DNA of 64,000 nt from Polyangiales bacterium (GCA_044229975.1 JBGARZ010000016.1:96001-160000); one strand, 5' to 3'. Numbered from the stretch's first letter, positions 18,058 through 29,832 are shown. Numbers and translations are program-made. Notes: generated by a model from the sequence alone, not told the origin.

Positions 18058-20493
18058 CTACTGCTGCCCGGCGCGGATGGCCGGGTCGTAGAGCACGAGC
18101 CCGTCGGAGTTGGAGAGCCACACGCGGTTCTGCGCGTCGATGGCGAGGTCGTTGAACTCCTCCGTCGGCAGTCCCTGCGCCCGACCCAGGCGGGTGAAGC
18201 TCTGGCCGTCGTAGCGCCACACGCCGCGCGGCCCCGCGCCCCACAGGTTGCCGTTGGTGTCCGTCGCCAGCGCGGTCACCCGCGGCTGCGACGACGAGCC
18301 CTCCACCGGGAACGCAAACGCATCCCCAGTGCGCACCCCAAGGCCCTCGGGCGTGGCGAAGTAGATGCGGTCACCCAGCGCGCGCGCCAGGTCGCTGACG
18401 AGGTCACCGCGCACGCCCTCGGCCTCGCGGAAGCGCGCAACGTCGCCCGCGGGCGAGATGGAGGTCATGCCGTCGAGGCCCGCGAACCACGCCGCGCCGG
18501 CCGCGTCGAAGGCCACGGCGGACAGGTCGCTCGGCGTGCGCCGGCTGCCGTTTTCTCCGCCCGTCGCGGGGATGTTGGCGTTGTACTGCGGCGCCACCGG
18601 GGCGTTGGGGTCGAGCACCGCCACGCCGAGCTCGCGCGAGTCGCCCGTCGCGCCCGCCGGGGGCAGCACGCGCAGGCCGACCCAGAGCTTGCCCGCGCGG
18701 TCGCCCACGAGGAAGCGCACGTCCACGGTGCCCGGCCCGTAGGTCTCGACGGGGCCGTCGAGCAGGCGGCGCCACGTCGCGCCTTCGAGCTTGTATCCGC
18801 GCAGGATGTTGCCGTCGCCGACGCGGGCCACCGCGAAGGCGTTGACGCCCTGCGACCAGAACATCAGCGGGTGGACCTGCGGGTCTTCCTCCAGCGCCAC
18901 GCGCTCGAAGTTGCGGCCGTTGTAGCGGACGGGGCCGCCGTCCTCGCCGACCATCCAGACGTTGCCGCGCCCGTCCGTCGCGAGCGAGAGCGCGCGGCGC
19001 TGCATGGCGAGGTCGTGCACGCGGTACTCCACCGCGGTCTGGTTGGGCCGCGTCTGCACGCGCGTCACGCCGAGGCCCACGCGCGTCACGAAGGAGTCGC
19101 GCGCCGCCACGTCGACCCGCACCGCGTCGCCCGGAACCCGATCAGGAACCGCGACCAGCCCGAAGGTGGGTGCGTCGATGGTGGGCCCGCCCGACGGCCG
19201 CTCGACGGGAAACCCGAAGGCCGGAATCTCTCGCGGGCGAATGGGGGGGAGCACCACCGGGGCAGCGGTTCCACCATCGGTGGCGGCAGCGACGACGGCC
19301 GCGGCGTCCGAGGTTGTCGCAGCGACGCCAGCGTCTCCGCGGCCACCATCGACGGCCGTGGCGGGTGCCGTCGCGGCGTCGGCGACCGCGGCGTCGGCGG
19401 TGGCCACGCCGGCATCACCGCGCGCGGTGGCTGGCGTCGCAGCGGGTGCCGCGGGACGAGCGGGCGTCGCGGCGGGCGCTGCCGGGCGGGCGGGCGCGGC
19501 GGGACGGGCGGCGGGTCGGCGACCGCGACGCGTCGTGGGCGGCGGGGCAGGTGGCGGGGGCGGGGCGGGCGGCTCGTACACCGACGGGTGGAGCTCGATG
19601 TGGGCGACGCCGCCGGGGGCCGCAGCGCCAGTCGGGGTGAGGTCTTCGCCGCGGTCGAGGACGATCTCGAAGAGGCCGGCGGTGGTGACGAGCGCGACGC
19701 CGCCCGCCGAGGGGACGACGCCGAGCCAGTTGGCGCGGCCCACGTCGCCGGTGGTGTAGCCGAACCAGCGGGTGCCATCGAAGTGGGCGAGCTGCATGCC
19801 CGAGGGGCCCTGCACCAGCGCCCAGATCTTGTTGCCGGGGAGCGAGACCACCGACCGAACGAGCTGCTCGGGGATGCCCGTCGGGACGTTGTGCTCGTCG
19901 AGGGCGGAGAGGTCGGCCGAGAGCAGGAGGAGGCCCGTCTGCGCGGTGCCCACGATGACGCGGTTGTCGGCGCCGAGGGAGAGGTCGGTGACCTGGTAGC
20001 GGTCGGTGAGCTTGGACCAGGCGGTGCCGTTCCAGCGGGCGAGGCCGTGGTCGCCGCCGAGGAGGACGCCCTCCGCCGTGGCGAGCAGCGCGGTGGGGCG
20101 GCCCACGTCGGGCTGCGCCTGCGGGTGACCGACCGGCGCAAAGGGACCGGTCGCTCCGGCGCGGGCGACGCCCTCGGCGGAGACGACCCAGATGGCGCTG
20201 CCGTCATCGCTGGCGGACACGGCGATGAGGCGGTTGCCAGGGAGGCCGTCGCGGGTGGTGAGGCGGGTGGGGGTTCCGCCGGTGGCGGGGTACTTCAGGA
20301 GGCCGCGCTCGGTGGCGACGTAGACGGAGCCTTCGGCGCTGGCGACATCGTTGATGAAGTCCGAGTCGGTGAAGACGCGCACCGGGCCCGAGGCGTTGCC
20401 CTCGGTGTTGGGCCGGGCCCGCGCCGACGAGCAGGCGAGGGGGAGCGCGGACAGCGCGAGCGCAGCGAGGGCAGAACGGTTCGACAGCTTCAA
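18058..20493 (-). CDS. Beta-propeller lipoprotein (two-component regulator propeller-like repeats) with central Pro/Ala-rich insertion
   Basis: Lipobox PLAC; repeats DGLPGNR, QGLPTEEFNDLAIDAQNRVW, DGRGNVW. Start TTG 20493 inferred. Confidence 0.8.
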   Translation of the reverse strand: MKLSNRSALAALALSALPLACSSARARPNTEGNASGPVRVFTDSDFINDVASAEGSVYVATERGLLKYPATGGTPTRLTTRDGLPGNRLIAVSASDDGSAIWVVSAEGVARAGATGPFAPVGHPQAQPDVGRPTALLATAEGVLLGGDHGLARWNGTAWSKLTDRYQVTDLSLGADNRVIVGTAQTGLLLLSADLSALDEHNVPTGIPEQLVRSVVSLPGNKIWALVQGPSGMQLAHFDGTRWFGYTTGDVGRANWLGVVPSAGGVALVTTAGLFEIVLDRGEDLTPTGAAAPGGVAHIELHPSVYEPPAPPPPPAPPPTTRRGRRPAARPAAPARPAAPAATPARPAAPAATPATARGDAGVATADAAVADAATAPATAVDGGRGDAGVAATTSDAAAVVAAATDGGTAAPVVLPPIRPREIPAFGFPVERPSGGPTIDAPTFGLVAVPDRVPGDAVRVDVAARDSFVTRVGLGVTRVQTRPNQTAVEYRVHDLAMQRRALSLATDGRGNVWMVGEDGGPVRYNGRNFERVALEEDPQVHPLMFWSQGVNAFAVARVGDGNILRGYKLEGATWRRLLDGPVETYGPGTVDVRFLVGDRAGKLWVGLRVLPPAGATGDSRELGVAVLDPNAPVAPQYNANIPATGGENGSRRTPSDLSAVAFDAAGAAWFAGLDGMTSISPAGDVARFREAEGVRGDLVSDLARALGDRIYFATPEGLGVRTGDAFAFPVEGSSSQPRVTALATDTNGNLWGAGPRGVWRYDGQSFTRLGRAQGLPTEEFNDLAIDAQNRVWLSNSDGLVLYDPAIRAGQQ

Positions 20494-20682
20494 GGGCGAG
20501 TACCTCCAGCGAGCGCGGTGGGTGTCGCAGCGAAGGTCGCGGCTTGTCAACGGCGGCGTGGAGGCGCTGACGTTCGGAGCAGGTGTTGGCGGGAGGGGGC
20601 AAGGACGGCCACGGAGTCGGGGCCCTCGTCTCGACCGACGACGAGCGCCTCGCATCGCCACGACCCCTGCTGCGGACCCCAG

Positions 20683-23600
20683 TCAGGGACCGAGTGCGCC
20701 GGCGGCGACCCAGCGGTTGAGCGCGTCGACCGCGGCGGCGTTGCAGAGCAAGGGCGGGCGCGGAGTTTCCTGGGGCATGCGCCCGCTCGTGGGGTTCACC
20801 CACCGAAGGATGGACGCTGACGGGCTGATGATCGGCGATGCTGATGGGTTGGCGGGGGTGATCCACCCTCGGTTGTGGAGGGCGACGTACAGGCTCTCGG
20901 CTGTGCTGCCGAAGCCGCCGTGGGTGTGAAGGTGACAGGACTGGCATCGCCCCTCGGTGCCCGGGCCCAGGTAGCGCGTGTAGATATCGGTCCACGTCGG
21001 TCCGGGGCCGGTGTACGCACCGGCGTGCGGGGGGCATGAGCTGGTGCACGCACTCGCGGGCGGGGTGGAGTTTGACGCGCGTGGCGTCGGCAAGAGCCCG
21101 TACACCGCGACCTCATTCGCCTGTGTCCCCACGTAGACGCGCCCTCCGGCCACCGTGATCGGCGGCGAACGAAGCACACCCGGGGCAGGGTTCGGCACCG
21201 TGAGCTGGTCGGACAGGTGCACCGCGCTCGAGTAGATGGGCCCGGCGCCGAGGTTCGCCGCATCGTACGCGAGGAGGCCCGTCCGGCCCGCGCAGCTCGG
21301 GACGAAGGCCCAGAGCACGCCCGTGTGCAACAGTGCTCCGTTGGAGGAGATGCTCAGGGTGCTTCGATTGACCCCGAAGTTGGCCGACGGGTCTTCCTCC
21401 GCCAGCTGGATCGTGTCCCCTGCGATCGTGTACGCGCGCAGGTGATGATCGCTCGTCCAGAGGTAGAAGCGCGACGGACCGAAGGGTGGCGTCCACCAGG
21501 CTGGGCCGGCGAAGAGGGCGCCGACGCCGCCCACGCCCGTCGGGGGGTACGTGCTCACGGCGCCCGCGTTGTCGGTCGAGAGGCCGCCCAGCGCGTCGCG
21601 CCGCAGGAGGTAGAGCACACCTCCCTTTCCGCCCACGAGCAGGCGATCGCTCCCGGGGATGAGCATCGGCCCCGCCGAGCCGAGGTCGCCGTCGCTGTCA
21701 TCAAGCTCCGGGTACTCGTAGGGCTGAAACCAGCTCTGCACGGCCAGGGAGCCGCCCGCGCGCCGCCCGACGCGCAGCACGGCATTGCTGAAGCTCGTGC
21801 TCGACGACGCGGGGCCACCCTCGAAGCTCGCCAGGAAGTCCATCCGATCGAGCACCCCCATCGAGTTGCCCATCGCGAAGTACAGGTCGCCGCTCCCGGT
21901 GCTCGCCGGACCGTTGCCGTACTGCCAGATGCCACCGCCCTGGCCGTAGGCGTCCACGATGCAGTTGTTGAGCGAGCCCGTCGCGTTGCCCGGACCAACG
22001 GGCACGTGGTTCCAGCAGATGGTGCCAGCACTGAGGCGCGGCGACGGCGACCCCGACGGCGTCGTGACCATCGCGCCCGTCTGGGCGAGCGTCCCCGCGT
22101 CGTAGGAGATGAGCCAGCCGTGATAGGGCGTCAGGTCGCAGTGGCCGCCGAAGGTGATGTGTACCTGCCCGTCCTGCAGGAGAAGCGCTGGGCGCTGCAG
22201 TTGGTAGGTCGCGTCGAAGACCACCCTCCCCATCACGTTGCCCGTGCTGGCCCGAGGGTCGGTGAACCATGGGTCGTCCGGGGCGCTGACGTCCGTGCGG
22301 GTCGCGATGCGTGCGTTGCCCGCGACCGAGGCTTCGATGCGAACGGGGCTGCCGGGCCGCTCGACGCCTGTGACCAGGTCCACCGCGTGGAGGTGGTACT
22401 CGGGGTTCGGTTGGGGCGTTGCGTCCGCCGACCCTGGGACGCTCTTCACCGTGAAGTACATGGTGCGCCGCGACAGGTCGATGACCGGCGTGCTCACGAT
22501 GCCGACGTTGTCCTCCAGGTCTCCGCACCAGTAGTAACGGCGCCGATCGACGGGTGCGCCAAGGTCGGAGCGTGACCAGTAGAGCCGACGGTCTTCCGCG
22601 TCGAAGGCATAGACCCGGTTGTTGAGCGTCGCGACGTACACCACGTCGCGCCCGCCGATGGCTCCCTGCACATAGAGTGGTTGCGCGATCACCGCACCCT
22701 GCACCGGCAGCGCGCCGAGCCGCCCGAAGGTGCTGGGGCTGACGTTTGCCACGGTCAGCGCGGTCTCGCGGAGGTTCGCTCCCGTGCGTAGCGTGTCGTT
22801 GCGTTGGGTGAGCACGTTGACCGCGTAGCGGCCGAAGCCCACGACGGGCTCGACCTGCGCGCGCGACTCCGCCACGGTGTCGTCCCCGAGCTGCCCGAAG
22901 TCGTTGGCGCCAAACGACCACACCCGACCGTCGGCGGTGGTCGCGAGCGAGTGCGCGCCCCCAGCGGCAATGGCAACCACCGCGCTCAGGCCACCAATCT
23001 GCGCGGGGGTCGGGTGCGGGGCGCTCCCCGTGCGGCCGGTGATCGGCTCCAGGACGAGCTGACCGCTGCCCCCTTCGCCCCAGCCCCAGAGCGTTCCGTC
23101 CGCGCGGCGCGCCAGGCTGTGCGCGTCGCCCGCAGCGATCGCGGTCACGCCCGTGAGCGTCATGATGCGCCGGGGCGTGAGGCGGTCCACCGTGCTCCCG
23201 TCGCCCAACTGTCCGGCGGCGTTGCTGCCCCAGGCCCACACGCTCCCGTCGCTCCCGCGCGCGAGGCTGTAACGTCCGCCCGCCACGATGCTGGCGATGA
23301 CCGGCAACCCGCCGACCATCGCAGGCGTGGCGCGCTCCGTGGTGGTCCCGTCGCCGAGCTGGCCCGAGTCGTTGTCCCCCCAAGCCCACACGGCACCGTT
23401 GTCATCGAGCGCGAGTGAGTGGGCGCCGCCCGCCGCGACCGCCCGCACGACGCCCGGCCCCGGCACCCGCGCCGGCGTGAGCCGCGTGCCCCGCTCGACC
23501 TGCCCAAGCTGCCCGTGCGCGTCGGAGCCCCACGAGAAGAGCTCGCCGGTCTGGGTGACCGCGAGCGCGTGAGCGCCGCCCGCGGCGATGCGGACCGCAT

Positions 23601-26600
23601 CGGTGAGCCCCGTCACCACCGCGGGGAGCGAGTGGCGCGTCGTGGTGCCGTCGCCGAGCTCTCCCGCAGCGTTGTCCCCCCACGCGACGACGCGCCCACT
23701 GCCTTGCACTGCGAGGGCGAAGGTCCCGCCCACCGCGACGTCGAACACGTTCGCGACGCCTTCGACCGGGCCCGCCACGTGGTGCTCCGTCGCGGGCGCG
23801 CCGACGCCGTCTCCCTGGAGGTCGTAGCCGATGGTCCACAGCCGCCCGTCGCTCGCGAGCACGAAGCTCTCGGCAGGGCCCGCGGCGACCTTCTCTGCGA
23901 ACGAGATGCTCGCCCCCACGCAGCGCCCGGCGTAGCAGGCGTCGTTGCGCGTCAGCCCGTCGTGGTCGTCGCAGGTGGTCCCGTCCGCCTTGGCGATGCA
24001 GCGGCCGGTGCCCGGGTCGCAGGTGGCGCCGTGACACCCTCCCTCGGAGCACACCAGAGGGGCGCCCGCCACGCAGGCTCCGCCGATGCACGCGTCGCCG
24101 TGGGTGCACGCGTCCCCATCGTCGCAGGCTGCGCCGTCGAGCGCGCGCGTGTCCGCGGGGCAGGCGGAAGACACGCCGTCGCACACCTCCTCCGCGTCGC
24201 AGGCGCCCGCCGCGGGGCGGCAGGTGGTCGGACCCCCGCAGCGGCCGCTCGTCGACGTCACCGAGTAGCTCCAGGTCGCCTCCGCGCCGGGGTAGCTCGA
24301 CGCGCAGATGGTGGCCGTCCCCCATGTGCGCGCCGTACAGCTGCAACGCGAGCCCAGGCCGCAGGCGTCGTCGCTCTGGCATACGCAGTCGCCGTCCACG
24401 CGGAGCCACGGGTCGCCCGTAAACGAGTCGCAGGTGGAGATCGTGTAGGTCTGCCCCGCCTCGACCGTGAAGGTGTAGGTGGCGAGGCACTCGCCCAGGG
24501 TCGCCGCGGTGCCGCTGCCGGCGAGCCCGGACGGGCACTGCGCGGTCGGGATCAGACGATCGCTCGGGCAGAGCGGGTTCATCCCGTCGCACACCTCCGC
24601 CAGATCGCACGCGGCGGTCGCCGCTCGACACTCCGTCCCCGCTGGGAGGATCGACTCCACTAGGCACATCGCCCGCCCCTCGGAGCACGCCTGCCCGCCC
24701 TGGAAGCACCCGGCGGGGACGGTGCACGGGCCGCCCGGCTGCAGCTCGCAGCCGTCGCTCGGGTCGCCGTTGCAGTCGACCCAGCCCGCGTCGCAGCTCG
24801 CCACCCGGCACGCGCCCATCGCGCAGCCCGCGGTCGCGTGGGGGAGCGCGCATGCGCGGCCGCACAGCCCGCAGTGATCTGCTGTCGCGCGCAGGTCGGT
24901 CTCACACCCGTTGGCGGGCGCGCCGTCGCAGTCGCCGCGGCCGGGGTTGCAGAACGCTCCGCAGGTGGCCTCGCCGCACGCGCGGATCGCCTCGGCGCCG
25001 ACCGCGGGGCACACGCTCCCGCAGGCCCCGCAGTGGTCGGGGTTGGAGCGAAGGTCGACGCAGCGCCCGCCGCAGAGCGTGTCAGGCGTCGCGCACGCGG
25101 TGGCGCACGAGCCCATGGTGCAGTACCGACCGGCGCCGCAGGCGCGGCCGCAGTCGCCGCAGTTCGCCGGGTCGTGCTGCAGGTCGACGCAGCGCCCGCC
25201 GCAGGTACCCTGGTCCGGGCCGCAGGTGACCGCGCAGACGCCTTCGACGCACGCGTTGCCCGCGCCGCAGCGCACGCCGCAGCCACCGCAATTGCCGTTG
25301 TCGCGGAGCGGGACGGCGCAGTACGGCCCCGCGCCGAGGTCGCAGCGCACCGAGTCCGCCCCGCAAGCCACTCCGCACGCGCCGGCCGCGCAGAGCTGGC
25401 CCGCGGGGCACGCGCGGCCGCACGCGCCGCAGTGGTTGGGGTCGTTCTGCAGGTCGGCGCAGCGGGCGAGCGCGCCGGCGCCGCAGGTCGTGAGCCCGGC
25501 GCCGCATGCGCTCCCGCAGAGGCCCTCGCTGCACAGCTGGCCCGCGGGGCAGGCGTTGCCGCAGGTCCCGCAGTTCGCGGGGTCGTAGCGTGGGTCAACG
25601 CAGGCGGCGCCGCAGCGCACGGTGGGGGCGCCGCATGAGGTCGCGCACGCGCCGTTGGAGCACGCCTGGCCCGCGGGGCAGGCGTTGCCACAGCGGCCGC
25701 AGTTGGCGTTGTCCGTCGCGGCGTTGGCGCAGTACGCGCTGGGGCCGCGGCCGCAGGTCGTCATGCCGACGCCGCAGGTGGTGACGCACCCGCCCGCCGC
25801 GCACACCTGCCCCGGTGCGCACGCCGCCCCGCAGGCGCCGCAGTTGACGTTGTCGGACTGGAGGTTGGCGCAGGAGGCGACGCCACCGCGGGTGCAGGTC
25901 GTCAGGCCCGCGCCGCACGCCGCCTGGCACGTCCCGCGAGAGCACACGAGGGAGGACGAGCACGAGCGTCCGCAGGCGCCGCAGTGGTTGCGGTCGGCGC
26001 TGAGGTCGCGGCACGTGCCGTTGCACGAAGTCTCGCCCGCGCACCACGTCACGAAGGGCGTGACGTGCGTCTTGAAGGTGAGCGCCGCGCCGGGGACGTC
26101 CGCGTCACCGATCGTGTGCGCGCCGCCCGCGTAGGTGCTCAGCGGGTTGACGCCCGCGCTCACGGTGGCGGCGAGGTTGGTGCACTGCGCCGCCGTGGTA
26201 CACGCGACCGCGGGCGCGTTGCTGCATCGGCGCGTGCTGTTGGGGCACGTCCCCGTGGTCGTCGCGCCGGTCGCGGTGACGACGAAGCGGAGCCGACGGC
26301 CCGCGGTGATGGGAACACACGACGCGCCGAGGTCGAAGACCGCCCGCGCCCGTGCTGTGGAGGTGAGCGACGGGGGGAAGCGCGGGCATGACCCGTTGGT
26401 GACCGCGGTGTTCGGGAGCGTCGCGGTCGCGAGCGTCTGGTCGCGCTCGTCGAAGACCGTGAGCTGAACCATGGAGCCTGCGAGGAGCGCGCCCCCGCAG
26501 GTGGTGAGCGACACCTCGACGCCCGAGAGGAAGCCGGTGCGGCCCACGGTGAAGCGTTGCCCCGCGCCCGTCGCGAGCGTGAGGCCCACGCGCGCCGCGG

Positions 26601-27204
26601 TCGTCGCGGAGCTCACGAGCTCGGACTGGTCGATGACGGCTGTGGTGTTGGTCGCGGTACCGAGCGCGCACACGGCCGGGAGCGCGCAGGCCCCCGAGGT
26701 GCAAACGTCTCCCTCGGAGCAGACCCGGCCGCAGGCGCCGCAGTTGAACGGGTCGGACATGACGTCGCGACACGCGCCGCTCCCGCAGGCCGTGAGGTGC
26801 GACGCGCAGCTCGGCGCGCAGGCTCCGTCGGTGCACACCTCGCCGAGGCTGCATGCGTGGCCGCAACCGCCGCAGTGGACGGGGTCGGAGCGGAGGTCGT
26901 GGCATGAGCCGTCCGAGGCGCAGTGCGTGAGTCCGAGCCCGCAGGACCGCGCGCACGAGCCGCGGGAGCACACCTCCGTCGCCGAGCACGCGCGGTTGCA
27001 CGCGCCGCAGTGAGCCCGGTCGGACGTGAGGTCGCGGCAGACGTCCGTGCAGGTGAGCGACGGGAGCGCGCACCCGCCCGTAATGGGCTGGCGGCTCGAC
27101 GCGGAGGGCGTCGCGGCGGGGTCGTCACCCTGACAGCTCGCGGCGAGCGCGGCGACAAGCCAGAGGGAAAGGGCGACGAAGGCTCGGGGAGGTTGCGTGC
27201 GCAT
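20683..27204 (-). CDS. Giant multidomain lipoprotein: Cys-rich (Stig1/MXAN_6577-like) repeats, disintegrin-like motifs, RCC1 propeller, PQQ-like propeller, C-terminal cytochrome c
   Basis: Lipobox LAASC; many DxxNCGxCGxxC repeats; HSLA...WGxNxxGQLGDG repeats; NVLTQRND...RTGAN...QPLYV; CQSCH near the C-terminus. ATG 27204 has GGAGAAG upstream. Confidence 0.9.
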   Translation of the reverse strand: MRTQPPRAFVALSLWLVAALAASCQGDDPAATPSASSRQPITGGCALPSLTCTDVCRDLTSDRAHCGACNRACSATEVCSRGSCARSCGLGLTHCASDGSCHDLRSDPVHCGGCGHACSLGEVCTDGACAPSCASHLTACGSGACRDVMSDPFNCGACGRVCSEGDVCTSGACALPAVCALGTATNTTAVIDQSELVSSATTAARVGLTLATGAGQRFTVGRTGFLSGVEVSLTTCGGALLAGSMVQLTVFDERDQTLATATLPNTAVTNGSCPRFPPSLTSTARARAVFDLGASCVPITAGRRLRFVVTATGATTTGTCPNSTRRCSNAPAVACTTAAQCTNLAATVSAGVNPLSTYAGGAHTIGDADVPGAALTFKTHVTPFVTWCAGETSCNGTCRDLSADRNHCGACGRSCSSSLVCSRGTCQAACGAGLTTCTRGGVASCANLQSDNVNCGACGAACAPGQVCAAGGCVTTCGVGMTTCGRGPSAYCANAATDNANCGRCGNACPAGQACSNGACATSCGAPTVRCGAACVDPRYDPANCGTCGNACPAGQLCSEGLCGSACGAGLTTCGAGALARCADLQNDPNHCGACGRACPAGQLCAAGACGVACGADSVRCDLGAGPYCAVPLRDNGNCGGCGVRCGAGNACVEGVCAVTCGPDQGTCGGRCVDLQHDPANCGDCGRACGAGRYCTMGSCATACATPDTLCGGRCVDLRSNPDHCGACGSVCPAVGAEAIRACGEATCGAFCNPGRGDCDGAPANGCETDLRATADHCGLCGRACALPHATAGCAMGACRVASCDAGWVDCNGDPSDGCELQPGGPCTVPAGCFQGGQACSEGRAMCLVESILPAGTECRAATAACDLAEVCDGMNPLCPSDRLIPTAQCPSGLAGSGTAATLGECLATYTFTVEAGQTYTISTCDSFTGDPWLRVDGDCVCQSDDACGLGSRCSCTARTWGTATICASSYPGAEATWSYSVTSTSGRCGGPTTCRPAAGACDAEEVCDGVSSACPADTRALDGAACDDGDACTHGDACIGGACVAGAPLVCSEGGCHGATCDPGTGRCIAKADGTTCDDHDGLTRNDACYAGRCVGASISFAEKVAAGPAESFVLASDGRLWTIGYDLQGDGVGAPATEHHVAGPVEGVANVFDVAVGGTFALAVQGSGRVVAWGDNAAGELGDGTTTRHSLPAVVTGLTDAVRIAAGGAHALAVTQTGELFSWGSDAHGQLGQVERGTRLTPARVPGPGVVRAVAAGGAHSLALDDNGAVWAWGDNDSGQLGDGTTTERATPAMVGGLPVIASIVAGGRYSLARGSDGSVWAWGSNAAGQLGDGSTVDRLTPRRIMTLTGVTAIAAGDAHSLARRADGTLWGWGEGGSGQLVLEPITGRTGSAPHPTPAQIGGLSAVVAIAAGGAHSLATTADGRVWSFGANDFGQLGDDTVAESRAQVEPVVGFGRYAVNVLTQRNDTLRTGANLRETALTVANVSPSTFGRLGALPVQGAVIAQPLYVQGAIGGRDVVYVATLNNRVYAFDAEDRRLYWSRSDLGAPVDRRRYYWCGDLEDNVGIVSTPVIDLSRRTMYFTVKSVPGSADATPQPNPEYHLHAVDLVTGVERPGSPVRIEASVAGNARIATRTDVSAPDDPWFTDPRASTGNVMGRVVFDATYQLQRPALLLQDGQVHITFGGHCDLTPYHGWLISYDAGTLAQTGAMVTTPSGSPSPRLSAGTICWNHVPVGPGNATGSLNNCIVDAYGQGGGIWQYGNGPASTGSGDLYFAMGNSMGVLDRMDFLASFEGGPASSSTSFSNAVLRVGRRAGGSLAVQSWFQPYEYPELDDSDGDLGSAGPMLIPGSDRLLVGGKGGVLYLLRRDALGGLSTDNAGAVSTYPPTGVGGVGALFAGPAWWTPPFGPSRFYLWTSDHHLRAYTIAGDTIQLAEEDPSANFGVNRSTLSISSNGALLHTGVLWAFVPSCAGRTGLLAYDAANLGAGPIYSSAVHLSDQLTVPNPAPGVLRSPPITVAGGRVYVGTQANEVAVYGLLPTPRASNSTPPASACTSSCPPHAGAYTGPGPTWTDIYTRYLGPGTEGRCQSCHLHTHGGFGSTAESLYVALHNRGWITPANPSASPIISPSASILRWVNPTSGRMPQETPRPPLLCNAAAVDALNRWVAAGALGP

Positions 27205-27230
27205 GAGGGACTTCTCCACGCAGGCCGCTC

Positions 27231-27246
27231 AGCACCGGGCGTGCCG
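27231..27246 (-). promoter_or_regulatory. Putative sigma54 (-24/-12) promoter for the giant lipoprotein gene
   Basis: Minus strand cGGcacgcccggtGCt (GG-N10-GC, CGGCAC...GTGCT), about 27 bp upstream of ATG 27204. Confidence 0.65.
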
Positions 27247-27307
27247 CTATGGCCGCATCGTGCAGGCCGCGTTGCCCACGAGCCGGTTCGACATCCACGC
27301 CACGCAG

Positions 27308-27325
27308 CGTTGCAGCGCTGCTACG
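27308..27325. promoter_or_regulatory. Near-perfect 18-bp palindrome, candidate enhancer-binding protein site
   Basis: cgttgcagcgctgctacg versus reverse complement cgtagcagcgctgcaacg; lies between the two divergent sigma54-like motifs. Confidence 0.5.
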
Positions 27326-27367
27326 GTCCGGGGCGCCTACGCCCCTCACATCGTCGGGAAAGCCACG

Positions 27368-27383
27368 CGGCACGGCGGCTGCT
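27368..27383 (+). promoter_or_regulatory. Putative sigma54 (-24/-12) promoter for the 27433 gene
   Basis: cGGcacggcggctGCt (GG-N10-GC), 50 bp upstream of ATG 27433. Confidence 0.65.
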
Positions 27384-27432
27384 GTCCGCCTCTGGTCACG
27401 AGCGCATCAGTGCGCTCAGGAGAGCTGAGGCG

Positions 27433-28266
27433 ATGAAGATCACGAAGGATGGACTCGGTGTGTTCGGGGTGTTGGCCGTGACGTGCGCGCTCGGCTGCGG
27501 CGGGAGCGACAGCGCCCCCCCGAGGCCGGGGGACGGCGGGGTGAGCGGCGACACCGGCGGTGGCGCCCTGACGCCGACCGCGAACATCGGCACGATCTGC
27601 AGCCGTTCGCGGAGCCAGGGCTGCACCACGTCGAGCACCTGCGAGGCTGAGCTGTCCGCGACGCTCTCCGGCGCACCCGCGGCGTGCCGGACGCTGATCG
27701 AGGGGTACCTCTCTTGCGCGGCTCGCTCGCAGGGGAGCACCTGCGAGATGATCAGCGGCGGGGTCTTCGCGGGCTGTCAGTCCATGATGGCCCCGATCGA
27801 GAGCTGCACCGCGAGCAACAGCGGCGATGCCGCGACGGCGCCGACCCTCCCGACCCCGAGCGAGCTGATGGCTCCCACGGACGTCGCGCTCTCGTTCGAG
27901 CGCGCGGGGATGACCACGCAGACGACCGAGGGCACCGCCTACTTCGGAACGCCGCCCGTCGGCGCGCCGGCCGGGGGGCAGCAGTTCGTGTTCACGTCGG
28001 AAGCCTTCCCCAGTGGCAGCAGCCGCGCCAACTGTACGGTGGGCTTCTCGTTCGCCAGCGGGCAGTACACCTTCAACAACGACGCTGTTCTGACGCAGCC
28101 GTGTGAGATCCGTGCCTTCGACGACACCGTGAGCACGCTGACGTTCACCGGCGCGCGTTTGAGCCTCGCGCCGGCGGGCAATGTGCTCGTGCGCCTGGAG
28201 GCGACACTCTCGGGGGCCCTCGGGGCCGGTCCAGTCACGGTGCAGGTGACCTACTCCCCCCGGTGA
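27433..28266 (+). CDS. Hypothetical Cys-containing lipoprotein
   Basis: From ATG 27433 (MKITKDG...ALGCGGSD). AGGAGAG/GAGG upstream; helical Cys-rich N-domain and beta-rich C-domain. Confidence 0.8.
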   Translation: MKITKDGLGVFGVLAVTCALGCGGSDSAPPRPGDGGVSGDTGGGALTPTANIGTICSRSRSQGCTTSSTCEAELSATLSGAPAACRTLIEGYLSCAARSQGSTCEMISGGVFAGCQSMMAPIESCTASNSGDAATAPTLPTPSELMAPTDVALSFERAGMTTQTTEGTAYFGTPPVGAPAGGQQFVFTSEAFPSGSSRANCTVGFSFASGQYTFNNDAVLTQPCEIRAFDDTVSTLTFTGARLSLAPAGNVLVRLEATLSGALGAGPVTVQVTYSPR

Positions 28267-28410
28267 CCGGCGTCCGCCCCTCCCATCGACGCGGCCGCGG
28301 CGCCCGACGACCGTAACAACGATGTCTCGCTGCGTGGCGTGGGCGCGACACTCTTGCGGAAGAATTGGCCACGATGACAGACTATCGCTCGCCGCCGCCA
28401 CGGCGGAACG

Positions 28411-29832
28411 ATGAGCGAGATCGCTTCTCCACAAGCACCACCATCGGGGCGCCTCTCCACACTCGTGGCAGAGCGCTATGAGATCGTTCGCGAACTCGGG
28501 CGCGGGGGCATGGGCTCGGTGTACGAAGCCCGCCACACTTGGACGGGGCGCAAGGTGGCGCTCAAGACCCTCCTCACACACCTCGCGAGCGAGCCGAGCG
28601 CAGTGGAGCGCTTCCGGCGCGAGGCGCGCGCGGGGGTGGTGGGCGCCCATCCCAACATCGCCGAGGTGCTCGACATGGGCGTCGACCCCCGCGACGGCAC
28701 CCTGTACCTCGCGCTCGAACTGCTCGATGGCGAAGACCTTGCGCGTCGCCTCGGGCGCGACCGCTCGCTGACACCCCATGAGGCCCTTGCGCTGCTGGTG
28801 CCTGCCATGATTGCGCTCGACGCGGCCCATCGCGCGGGGGTGATCCACCGCGACATCAAACCCAGCAACCTCTTCGTGGCCCGCAGCGCCGACGGGTCGT
28901 CCCGGCTGAAGGTCATCGACTTCGGCATCGCCAACCTCGCCGACGCCGCCCCGCTGACCCGCTCTGGCGCCCCCATGGGCACCCCGCAGTACATGGCCCC
29001 CGAACAGGCGCGCGGCGAGAGCGACCTCGACGCGCGCGCGGACGTCTGGTCGATGGGCGTGGTCTGCTTCGAGGTGCTCGCGGGCCGTCGCCCCTTCGAG
29101 GGCGCGCGCTACCACGACGTCCTGGTGCAGGTGCTCACCGCGCGCCCACCGTCGCTACGGAGCGTGTCGCCGCACCTCGACAGCGACCTCTGCGCCGTCG
29201 TCGATCGCGCGCTCGAACCCGAGCGCGGGCGTCGCACCCCGACGATGGCCGCGATGGCCGCGGCACTTGCTGCACTCCCCGCGTTCGCGGCCGAGCCCTG
29301 GGCCGTCGCCCTCCGACCCACGGCGGCGCCGCAGCCCGATGCCACCGCGGCGGTCGCGGCGCAGGAGGGGCCGGTCACGCTGGAGCTGCAACCTGACGAG
29401 GCTGTCGTGGGCTCCGCGTCCGACGCGAGCCTGCCCCCGTCGTGGGCGCCCGCGACCCCCTCCGTGACCCCGCCCACGACCGCCCGTCGTCGCGGTTGGC
29501 GCTGGGCTGTCGTCGTCGCGTTCGGGCTCTCGCTGGCCGTCGGCTTCTCGCTCCAGGCGGCGCGAAGTCGGAGCGACGGGCCCGCGCGCCCGCCCCGGCG
29601 TCTCGTCGCGTCTGCGCCTCCGGTCGCGCCGCGCACCCGACCCCCATCCCAACCCCTGCCGCCCCTGCCCCCTGCCTCGCTGCCCGCGTCCCGCCCGCCC
29701 GTCGCCGCCGCGCCGCCGCCGACCCGGCTCGGGCTCCCTTCTGACCCTCGGCGAGCCGTGGTGCGGCGGGCCGTGCGCGTGGAGCGGGAGCCGGAGGCGC
29801 CCGTCAATGGTGCGCCGGTGCTCGATCCGTGA
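28411..29832 (+). CDS. Membrane-anchored Ser/Thr protein kinase
   Basis: LGRGGMGSVY, VALK, HRDIKPSN, DFG and GTPQYMAPEQ motifs; TM segment WAVVVAFGLSLAVGFSL; Pro-rich tail. Confidence 0.93.
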   Translation: MSEIASPQAPPSGRLSTLVAERYEIVRELGRGGMGSVYEARHTWTGRKVALKTLLTHLASEPSAVERFRREARAGVVGAHPNIAEVLDMGVDPRDGTLYLALELLDGEDLARRLGRDRSLTPHEALALLVPAMIALDAAHRAGVIHRDIKPSNLFVARSADGSSRLKVIDFGIANLADAAPLTRSGAPMGTPQYMAPEQARGESDLDARADVWSMGVVCFEVLAGRRPFEGARYHDVLVQVLTARPPSLRSVSPHLDSDLCAVVDRALEPERGRRTPTMAAMAAALAALPAFAAEPWAVALRPTAAPQPDATAAVAAQEGPVTLELQPDEAVVGSASDASLPPSWAPATPSVTPPTTARRRGWRWAVVVAFGLSLAVGFSLQAARSRSDGPARPPRRLVASAPPVAPRTRPPSQPLPPLPPASLPASRPPVAAAPPPTRLGLPSDPRRAVVRRAVRVEREPEAPVNGAPVLDP

